From Bdellovibrio sp. (GTDB lineage: Bacteria > Bdellovibrionota > Bdellovibrionia > Bdellovibrionales > Bdellovibrionaceae): a stretch of DNA of 64,000 nucleotides. The position numbers and the translations under genes are program-made. This document shows positions 49,135 through 56,493 of the stretch, piece by piece (position 1 is the first letter of the stretch; every line of letters begins with the position of its first letter). The notes under the pieces are model-generated. The model ran no database searches. It worked only from the letters and a program-made list of their open reading frames with translations, and was not told where the DNA came from. The DNA lies in the NCBI GenBank assembly GCA_036677065.1, contig JAKFBS010000002.1:416001-480000 (forward strand), in the 5' to 3' direction.

Positions 49135-49786
49135 CACTGCCGCGGGCAATACCAAGACGGTCTTCATACGCGTTAAGAACTTTCACAAACGCCGGACGCG
49201 CTTCGCAATTAAGACGGTACTTCTCAAGATTCAGGTACTTACCCAGAATCTCTGTCTTACGAATTTCACGCAGCACGCACGTAAGAATAATATCAGCCAC
49301 AGTGAAATCAGCACCTGTAATAAATGGCTGCGTCTTTAACATTTGATCGATCGTCGGAAAAAAGCGTTCAAGAATTTCAACATGCCAAGAACGCAGTTTG
49401 CCGTGATGGCTTTCTTCACCCTGAAGATCAGCAAAGAAAACCGGAAGCGCAAATGGCTCGATGTTATTAAGTGATGTAATTAACCAGCGATAAACCTGCG
49501 CGCGCCCTTGCAGATCACTAGGAATCAATTTTTGCGATTTTTCAGCAAGGTAAAGTAGAATCGCCCCCGACTCTGTTAGAATGTATCCATTATCGTCGAT
49601 AACCGGAACTTGTTTGAAAGGCGAAACCGCACCAAACAAGACTTCATCCTGCAGACCGTTCGGCCCGCAATCAAGCCCGATAGTCTCATAGCTGATGCCA
49701 CACTCTTCAAGTGCCCACATCACACGTATATCGCGCGTATAGCCCCACAGAAACGGCGGCAGCGACTTGAAGACGTAAACTTTCAC
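49127..49786 (-). CDS. glutathione S-transferase family protein
   Basis: R.RV.WALEE, PF.QVP, ESGAILLYL, FTVADI. Confidence 0.92.
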   Translation of the reverse strand: MKVYVFKSLPPFLWGYTRDIRVMWALEECGISYETIGLDCGPNGLQDEVLFGAVSPFKQVPVIDDNGYILTESGAILLYLAEKSQKLIPSDLQGRAQVYRWLITSLNNIEPFALPVFFADLQGEESHHGKLRSWHVEILERFFPTIDQMLKTQPFITGADFTVADIILTCVLREIRKTEILGKYLNLEKYRLNCEARPAFVKVLNAYEDRLGIARGSAK

Positions 49787-49789
49787 AGT

Positions 49790-49984
49790 TTAGTTGCCTT
49801 TGCGTGGACCCCAAGATGGGCCTACGTTAGAATTGTTCTCATTGCGTGGTTTGTCTTTTTGAAACTTACCAAAAGTACCAGTGGTACCGCCAGATTTTTG
49901 CACTTCGTTTTTACGCTTCAACAATTCAACAAGAGGATTGGCTTTTGAAGCAGGAGTTTTCTTTTTCGTGGTCTTCTTTTTCAT
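49790..49984 (-). CDS. small basic hypothetical protein
   Basis: 64 aa Lys-rich ORF ending 3 nt before the GST start. Confidence 0.55.
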   Translation of the reverse strand: MKKKTTKKKTPASKANPLVELLKRKNEVQKSGGTTGTFGKFQKDKPRNENNSNVGPSWGPRKGN

Positions 49985-50100
49985 GGGTGTATAACTAACA
50001 TAAAAATGAAATTACGGAACCAGAATTTGATTCCGTAAGCTATTTTAGGCAGAAACTGGTCAATTTTATAGAGCCAAGCCCTTAGACCGCAGCCTTTATC

Positions 50101-50427
50101 TTATTGTGTCACTCTATTTTCGGCGGTTTTATTTTTGATAAGCACACCTTCTGGGGTTTCGGCCGTTGCGGGATCGATCATTCTTCGAATGCGAGTTACT
50201 TTATCAACTGGAAACTCAGCTCTTTTGCCATGCTCACGAACAAGATCTTCATTTTCAGCGTAATAGACGCAGTAAACTTTATCATCGGTGACATAACTTT
50301 CAAGCCACTGAACTTGTGGACCCATTTCACGTAATACATCGCAAGATTTAACACTTCCTTGTTGCCATTCGCTGTCAGACATTTGACCGGCGCCAGGCAT
50401 ATTTCTTTCAATAATAAATTTAGGCAT
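50101..50427 (-). CDS. DUF4242 domain protein
   Basis: MPKFIIER..PGAG, QW.ESYV..DK.YCVY.A......EH....FP. Confidence 0.88.
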   Translation of the reverse strand: MPKFIIERNMPGAGQMSDSEWQQGSVKSCDVLREMGPQVQWLESYVTDDKVYCVYYAENEDLVREHGKRAEFPVDKVTRIRRMIDPATAETPEGVLIKNKTAENRVTQ

Positions 50428-50460
50428 AAGAAGCTCCTTTTTCTGTAAAAAGAAATAGAT

Positions 50461-50476
50461 TACAAATCATATGCCA
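50461..50476 (-). promoter_or_regulatory. sigma54-like promoter
   Basis: TGGCATATGATTTGTA (GG-N10-GT) upstream of the DUF4242 gene. Confidence 0.6.
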
Positions 50477-50492
50477 TTTAGATTGGGGCGAT

Positions 50493-51242
50493 TTATCCCG
50501 CCTTAGGAAAAGGCAGAACATTCTTCAAAAACACTGTTCGAGCTTCTTCCCACTTCTGATGTTTAAAGTCAGGTGGTAAAATTTCCTGGAGGTTATCGAA
50601 CAGAGCACTATATTCCTCGTAGATAGAGTTCAAATAGCTCTCATTAAATTTTTCAACAATAATGAACATATGTGGATCTGGTACAACAGGATGAATGAAC
50701 GTATGTGATTTATCAAAGTGGCCGATGTGCTCTAACCACCTTGAAGCTTTGTATTTTTCGTTCGTGCACCCAAGTATGTGGTCAAATCCCATTCGAGTTA
50801 CATGCGCATAAACCATGGCGTAACCAATATCAGATAGTTTTAATCCTGATTTTTTTTGCGTGTATTCCATGTCGACAAACCACGAATTACAATCAGCCAA
50901 ATGCTTTTTTTCATTTTTAAAATTTTGATAGTGCTTCTGAGACTCAAGACCAAGTTGCGGGATCAATTCTTGAATGGGGGTTTTTAAATGATGTTGCTGT
51001 GCTCTGTCTTCAAAAGTCGTTCGAATAGCTAAAATAAGTTTCGGGTTAAACATTTCGCTTACATCGTAGATCAGATAATGTGTTCCAATCATATCGTGCT
51101 TATCCATTACGACGTAATTTGGATCAGTTCTAGCAAAATTTTTTTGTTTATTAATAATGATATCGTTAAGTGCTTTTTGAGTAGATAGGTTATCTAGATG
51201 TGCAACGGCATAATCTAGAATAACCAGCTTAAAGTTATTCAT
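50493..51242 (-). CDS. putative GNAT-fold acyltransferase, distant LuxI/FeeM-like
   Basis: D-x-x-D..THYL, IR, L..P, D.NSWFVD, G...I.G......R.L..IG occur in the order of the AHL synthase / N-acyl amino acid synthase blocks (by-eye alignment). Confidence 0.5.
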   Translation of the reverse strand: MNNFKLVILDYAVAHLDNLSTQKALNDIIINKQKNFARTDPNYVVMDKHDMIGTHYLIYDVSEMFNPKLILAIRTTFEDRAQQHHLKTPIQELIPQLGLESQKHYQNFKNEKKHLADCNSWFVDMEYTQKKSGLKLSDIGYAMVYAHVTRMGFDHILGCTNEKYKASRWLEHIGHFDKSHTFIHPVVPDPHMFIIVEKFNESYLNSIYEEYSALFDNLQEILPPDFKHQKWEEARTVFLKNVLPFPKAG

Positions 51243-51274
51243 CGTAATCCCCCATAAATAAAATATTATGTGTA

Positions 51275-51301
51275 TAATCGGACGTTTACTCTTATAATTA
51301 A
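51275..51301 (-). promoter_or_regulatory. sigma28-like promoter of the acyltransferase-like gene
   Basis: TTAA-N15-TCCGATTA. Confidence 0.5.
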
Positions 51302-51399
51302 AGGAATGTTAAAATGAGAATATTTCGTATCAAAAAGGCTCAGCTAATAATTCAAAATATGTAAATAGCAAAATATTTATTCCAAATCGGGACTTTTTC

Positions 51400-51426
51400 T
51401 AAAGCCTTGGCAAAATATACCGAAAT
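51400..51426 (+). promoter_or_regulatory. sigma28-like promoter of the desaturase
   Basis: TAAA-N15-ACCGAAAT, 7 nt before ATG 51434. Confidence 0.65.
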
Positions 51427-51433
51427 GCCATAC

Positions 51434-52402
51434 ATGAATCGAGAACTCTATAAAAAAATTCGAAGCCAATTGCATTTCAAACATCAATGGGCGAAGTTTT
51501 CTTTGTATATAGTTGAAGATATCATTCTGTGGACCTCTGTTTTTTATTTTCTTAACCAATCCCTAAGTATATCGTGGATAGCTTCTTTACCATTTGCTGT
51601 ATTGATGTTTCGAAACTTTGCTTTTATGCATGAAGCAGTTCATGGACTTGCAGCCTCTAACCATAAATTAAATTACGGCCTTGGTTTATTTGCAGGGGCT
51701 GTTTGCTTCCTGCCATTTTCATTATGGAAAACCATTCATATCGAACATCATTACTGGACTGGAAATTTTGAAAAAGACCCTGCGTTAGAAGTCGTAAAAA
51801 GATATCCCAATAGCTCGCCTTTTATGAAGTCGGTCTTTACGGTGATGTGGCGAACACGGTTTCCCTTGATGGCGTTTTTTCAGTACATTGTGTTCTGGGC
51901 TCATTCTGTGGCCAAATTATCCAAGAATCGCCGCGATCTTGATTTATGGGTCAGCTTAGTCTGTCCGTTAATGTTATGGGGTGGGCTTGCCTACGCGCTT
52001 AGTTTTTCACAACTTGCTGTGGTTGGGCTTGGAATTTTTCTTTATTCTCTGCTTTTTGATTTTATTAATTTACCCCACCATGTTGGTGTGTATTCATACG
52101 ATCCTAATGAAAGAAAAGGAATTTGGGATCAGCACTCAGTCGTTAGATCCTGCCGCTACCCCGCTCTTATTGAACATTTAGTACTTAATTTTAATTTTCA
52201 CACTGAACATCATATGATGCCAGATCTTCCGTGGCATGAACTTCCTGAGGCTCATGAAGTGATGAAGTCCTTAAAATCCGATAACGATGAATTTCATTTT
52301 ATTAAAACAGGCTGGTTGGCCCAACAAAGACATAAAACGTTCGCCCAGTTTTTACGGCCTGATCTAGATCGTGGCAACGAAAACAAAAAACAGGCTGCAT
52401 AG
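51434..52402 (+). CDS. membrane fatty acid desaturase
   Basis: Three His boxes (HEAVH, HIEHH, HTEHH) and TM helices. Confidence 0.9.
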   Translation: MNRELYKKIRSQLHFKHQWAKFSLYIVEDIILWTSVFYFLNQSLSISWIASLPFAVLMFRNFAFMHEAVHGLAASNHKLNYGLGLFAGAVCFLPFSLWKTIHIEHHYWTGNFEKDPALEVVKRYPNSSPFMKSVFTVMWRTRFPLMAFFQYIVFWAHSVAKLSKNRRDLDLWVSLVCPLMLWGGLAYALSFSQLAVVGLGIFLYSLLFDFINLPHHVGVYSYDPNERKGIWDQHSVVRSCRYPALIEHLVLNFNFHTEHHMMPDLPWHELPEAHEVMKSLKSDNDEFHFIKTGWLAQQRHKTFAQFLRPDLDRGNENKKQAA

Positions 52403-52411
52403 TCTGAAATA

Positions 52412-53167
52412 TTAAATAAAAGAAATGTTTTTAGTTTGCTCACCAAGAGCTACTGGAGTCACTCTAGCTGTGACAAGTAGGCCGGCAATCTGGCCATCCG
52501 TTTTGTTATAAACCGGACAAATAACACCAAACTTGCAAAGCGAAGAGCGCAAAGGAAAGTGCTCTTGATCTTCAGGATTAAAAATTTCGCTGATCACGTG
52601 TTCAGGCACGCCCGCCGAAACAATACCCTTCACTACACCTGAAAAAATAGCACTAACAACTTTAAACATATTATCAAAAGTGCCACTTGGTCGTTCCCAA
52701 AGGCTATACCATTCGTTCATCAATAGTTCTAAAAGAGAGTATGAAGATGTCATAAAGAAATTAAAAGTTCTGAAGATTTGAGTGTTCTCGGTATCATAGA
52801 TCTCAACAATCTCATTTTTTCTTACAGTATTCCAAAATTCTTTGTCTTTAAGCTCGTACCCGTAAAGTTCAAGAGCTTGTTCTACATGGCTTCGCTCTGC
52901 ATAACCGTCTGATGGATTGTTTTTTTCGATTTCAGTTCCTGCAACGACAATACTAATCATAGTCTGCAATTTTTTAATTATATATTCTTTTTTAACTATG
53001 GGCAGTGTCGCTAATGTCGACAAAGCATTTTGTGTATACGCCTTTACCGGGTACCCGCGCGCCAGACTCATTGACGCCAAATTTTCTAATAATTCAACTG
53101 CAGCTAAATCCAAGGCTCTTGATTGTGGTGGTACACGTTCAAAAGTTACATTTGCTAATGAGTTCAT
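52412..53167 (-). CDS. hypothetical protein with a PAS/PAC-like domain and no output domain
   Basis: IVEIYD.E..QIF....F...SYSL.ELL resembles a PAS core; ICPVY...DGQIAGLLV resembles PAC. Confidence 0.55.
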   Translation of the reverse strand: MNSLANVTFERVPPQSRALDLAAVELLENLASMSLARGYPVKAYTQNALSTLATLPIVKKEYIIKKLQTMISIVVAGTEIEKNNPSDGYAERSHVEQALELYGYELKDKEFWNTVRKNEIVEIYDTENTQIFRTFNFFMTSSYSLLELLMNEWYSLWERPSGTFDNMFKVVSAIFSGVVKGIVSAGVPEHVISEIFNPEDQEHFPLRSSLCKFGVICPVYNKTDGQIAGLLVTARVTPVALGEQTKNISFI

Positions 53168-53356
53168 AACAGCTCCTAAGATGTATTCTTTTACATGAAT
53201 TTTACAGTGCCTGTCGAGTTTTTTGCTTGTATTTGACGCAAAAATCTAAAAATTTCACCCTCTGTAAAATGATTACTCAGACTCTGTTAAAATGCAGACA
53301 AATTTTGCCAGCAGTAGACGGCTTTAGATAGGAAAGGAACATTGCTAGATTAAAAT

Positions 53357-53638
53357 TTATACAGCCTTCTTAACCGACTTGCGTTTCTTAAAAACTTTAG
53401 CGGTAATCACATTTTTTGAATCTTCAACCATGACCTTAACCAGCTTGTCGCGGCTTAGATTTAGCACTTCAATGAGTTTTTCAAAACAGTGATTAGGAGG
53501 GGCGCATAGACCGCGCTCCCAGTTAGATATAAATTGCACGTGAACATTTCCTAGCATTTCTGCGAGTTCACTTTGGGTTAAATCTAACCCGAGACGTTTT
53601 TGCTTCAAATATTGACCTAAATTTAAAAATTCTGACAT
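53357..53638 (-). CDS. XRE-family HTH transcriptional regulator
   Basis: LGQYLK..R....LTQ.ELA..LG....QFISNWERG...P; start ATG 53638. Confidence 0.9.
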   Translation of the reverse strand: MSEFLNLGQYLKQKRLGLDLTQSELAEMLGNVHVQFISNWERGLCAPPNHCFEKLIEVLNLSRDKLVKVMVEDSKNVITAKVFKKRKSVKKAV

Positions 53639-53644
53639 ACTCAT

Positions 53645-53673
53645 GTTATACAATAATTTTTTATTTAGCTCAA
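53645..53673 (-). promoter_or_regulatory. sigma70 promoter giving a probable leaderless XRE mRNA
   Basis: TTGAGC-N17-TATAAC-N6-ATG with no RBS. Confidence 0.65.
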
Positions 53674-53791
53674 TAGGGTTAGTAATTAATACCGTAACCA
53701 GTCAAACTGTCAAATTTAGATACACTTTTAGGCTATGATCGCGCGTATAAACGAATCTGGAGCGGCATATTCTTCGCTAACTTGCACAGCT

Positions 53792-54505
53792 ATGAAATTA
53801 AAATTCCCAATTCTAGTTGTAATCCTTTTAGTGACCCAAGTGGGTGCAGCTTACCAGGAAGTCCCGTGGACTTGGCAAAAAAGTGAATGCAAAGATTGCG
53901 GAATAAATTTTAGAATGTCGACACAAGATTATAAAGATAATCCTAAAATGGTCGAATTTTTACAGGCCCTATCAACTGAAAAACACAACATTTTAAAGCT
54001 CTACAATTCAGACCCCCAAGAATATAATTTACTAGCTCATATGGCGGTTGGAATTTTAGGAAATGAATCTACTTACTTTAAAAGCATGCGCTACAAAGTT
54101 AAAAGAAACACCCAGCTACCCATTCAATGGGCAAAGGATCTTAAAGCCTGGTTTGGTGACTATGAAGCATCACCTAATAGCAAAGGCCCGACTCAAATTA
54201 AAAAAGTGCCTGACCGTATAGAACAGTTTTATAATATTACTGAAAAAAACTTATGGAATCCTAAATATGCTGCAGTTTCTACGATGGCTTTTTTGATCGA
54301 AGCTTTAGTTGAATTAAAGCAGCGTGCGAAAAATAATAATCTAGAAATGATTACGCCAGAAACTTATGTCGATTATTTACCCTATATTTACTTTGGTGGC
54401 AGCAAAAAGCTTGTGAATCGCACGGCTACACCTGATACGAACATCTATGTTAAAAACATGAAAAAGAATATGAAAAAAGTCTCTGTTTTAGAGATCATTC
54501 CTTAA
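53792..54505 (+). CDS. secreted protein with lysozyme/lytic transglycosylase-like motifs
   Basis: Signal peptide from ATG 53792; GILGNES, SKGPTQIK, LWNP; possible sigma54 box CGGCATATTCTTCGCT at 53763-53778. Confidence 0.55.
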   Translation: MKLKFPILVVILLVTQVGAAYQEVPWTWQKSECKDCGINFRMSTQDYKDNPKMVEFLQALSTEKHNILKLYNSDPQEYNLLAHMAVGILGNESTYFKSMRYKVKRNTQLPIQWAKDLKAWFGDYEASPNSKGPTQIKKVPDRIEQFYNITEKNLWNPKYAAVSTMAFLIEALVELKQRAKNNNLEMITPETYVDYLPYIYFGGSKKLVNRTATPDTNIYVKNMKKNMKKVSVLEIIP

Positions 54506-54506
54506 T

Positions 54507-55076
54507 ATGAACACAATATTGATTTTAAATGGCAGCCCCACAGGATCTAAAGGCAACTGTAATAAACTTATTAAGCTGATTCAAAAATCTTTGCCGAAGT
54601 CATTAAAAACTCAGATTGTACACTTGTCTGAAGTTAAAAAGTCTTCGTCTTTATTTAAAGATATTGAAAAAGCTTCGGGCTTTATTTTTGTAACCGGCAC
54701 CTACTGGGATTCATGGGGAAGCCCGCTCCAAGAATTTCTAGAAAGTGCCACTGAGCTTGAAGGCACGCCCGCCTTTGTCGGAAAACCGTGTGCGGTGTTT
54801 GTACTTAATCACTCTGTCGGCGGTAAGGCTGTGTTATCAAGGCTTCAAGGCGTACTTTCAACTTTCGGATGCTTGATTCCACCGATGAGCGGAATGGTTT
54901 ATTCACTAGTAACTAAATTAGCTTTGAAAAATTCAAGATCAGCTCACAAAGATGACTTCTGGACGCCGGATGATATTCCGATGATTTTAGAAAATTTTAA
55001 ATTAGCTTTGGATATCAAAACAAAATGGCTGGCATGGCCAGTTGATCGTAAAAATTTTCGTAAGAACTGGGTTTAA
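54507..55076 (+). CDS. flavodoxin-like NAD(P)H-dependent FMN reductase family protein
   Basis: ILILNGSP...GN, F.T.TYW.S, GKP. Confidence 0.8.
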   Translation: MNTILILNGSPTGSKGNCNKLIKLIQKSLPKSLKTQIVHLSEVKKSSSLFKDIEKASGFIFVTGTYWDSWGSPLQEFLESATELEGTPAFVGKPCAVFVLNHSVGGKAVLSRLQGVLSTFGCLIPPMSGMVYSLVTKLALKNSRSAHKDDFWTPDDIPMILENFKLALDIKTKWLAWPVDRKNFRKNWV

Positions 55077-55348
55077 ACCGGACAGATCTTTTTAAATTCT
55101 TGAAGAGTCACTAAGGTTGGCGTCGCCGTTTCAAAATCAAAAACAATTTTGATCAGTTCTTTATCAAGCTGCTTACGCACTTGCTCTTTTTTCTTATCAA
55201 GGCTGACTTCTTGCGACCCGTAATCAGTGCCTTCGCGAAGTACGAACTCTTCTATGAGCGCATCGATAACCTCGGCAGACAGTTTTTCAATTGGAACTTC
55301 AATTGGTGGCGGAACTTCGTTTTTTGTCTGATTAAATTTATCCATCAC
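55073..55348 (-). CDS. YheU family protein
   Basis: LIEEFVLREGTDYG..E.SL..K..QV..QL. Confidence 0.9.
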   Translation of the reverse strand: MMDKFNQTKNEVPPPIEVPIEKLSAEVIDALIEEFVLREGTDYGSQEVSLDKKKEQVRKQLDKELIKIVFDFETATPTLVTLQEFKKICPV

Positions 55349-55543
55349 CAGTAGTTTTTAATTTTTATGGGTGAATAGCAACCAGTGATTCGTGAAATTA
55401 GTTCATAAGCATTTCGTGACCGATACCCCTGCGCAGCTTGTGTTAACGGCTTCAACGCATGTGTCATTTTTATCAGATACGTTTAATCTGTGACAGGCGC
55501 TTTTCATGTAAAAACTTTCTAGTGTCACAATAGCCTAATATTG

Positions 55544-55559
55544 CGGCACGTCAGTTGCT
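55544..55559 (+). promoter_or_regulatory. sigma54 promoter
   Basis: CGGCACGTCAGTTGCT; upstream TGTGACA/TGTCACA inverted pair is a possible activator site. Confidence 0.75.
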
Positions 55560-55609
55560 TTATAGAAACCCGAACGACAAATAAAACCAAACCATTAGGG
55601 GAAAAAATC

Positions 55610-56287
55610 ATGAAAAAGCTATTATTACCGATCGTATCAAGCGCGTTATTATTACTAGTATCATGTAAACAGGAGTTTTCAGGAACTGTAGACATCCTTT
55701 CTCAAATCCAATTGAAATCCACTAAAGGAGAAAATGTTCTTATCAATCCTGGTTATAAAAGCTCGAAAATTAAATTCACTGGCAAAAAGAAATTTGAATT
55801 ACATTTAGACGGAAAAAAATTCGAATTTAAAACTGAACAAAATCTTAAAAAAATCAACGCCGGCGATTCTTTAAATTTACCTGCTGGATCAAACGGCCAA
55901 TCCTATCATCTTAATGCTAAGTATGACGTTTCAACTCAAAGCTCTGGCTTAATTCGTTCTGTTGAAAGCTGTTCATACAACGTCACTGAACAACGTTGTC
56001 AAAACATCCAACAACCAAAAGGTTGCCAACAAGTTAAAGAGTGCGCACCAAACGGCGGGTCTTGTAAAGTTCGCGAAGTATGTACTGACGGTAAAACTGT
56101 CACTAAATGTGGACCAGTATCAGTAACTCGTTATGGTAACCAAGAAGTTGAATACTATAACAGAACAACAACTGACCACATGAATGGACAATTGATCCAC
56201 CCAGCTAACGGCGCCGTAGTAGCTAAACTTAATGTTGCTGACAGCGAAAACGAAAAAATCTACCAATACAGAGCTGTTTGTAGATAG
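55610..56287 (+). CDS. Cys-rich lipoprotein, hypothetical
   Basis: Start ATG 55610 (AGGGG RBS), lipobox LVSC, cysteine-rich hairpin region. Confidence 0.8.
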   Translation: MKKLLLPIVSSALLLLVSCKQEFSGTVDILSQIQLKSTKGENVLINPGYKSSKIKFTGKKKFELHLDGKKFEFKTEQNLKKINAGDSLNLPAGSNGQSYHLNAKYDVSTQSSGLIRSVESCSYNVTEQRCQNIQQPKGCQQVKECAPNGGSCKVREVCTDGKTVTKCGPVSVTRYGNQEVEYYNRTTTDHMNGQLIHPANGAVVAKLNVADSENEKIYQYRAVCR

Positions 56288-56315
56288 TTTTCTAGATTTA
56301 AATTTGAATTTCATA

Positions 56316-56343
56316 GAAGGGCGCTTAACAAAGTGCCCTTTTT
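56316..56343 (+). terminator. intrinsic terminator
   Basis: AAGGGCGCTT-aaca-AAGTGCCCTT plus T tract. Confidence 0.75.
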
Positions 56344-56493
56344 ATTTTGCTGAATAAATAACTGGAAAAATAGCTCTCACGGGGAATTTTTGGTTAAGAA
56401 GTCTTATGTAACGCACAAATAATAGAAAATGCCCGTAAAATGAGTGCACTGCTCTTAGAATTTCGCTAAATTATACCCTTTAGAGGTTTAATT

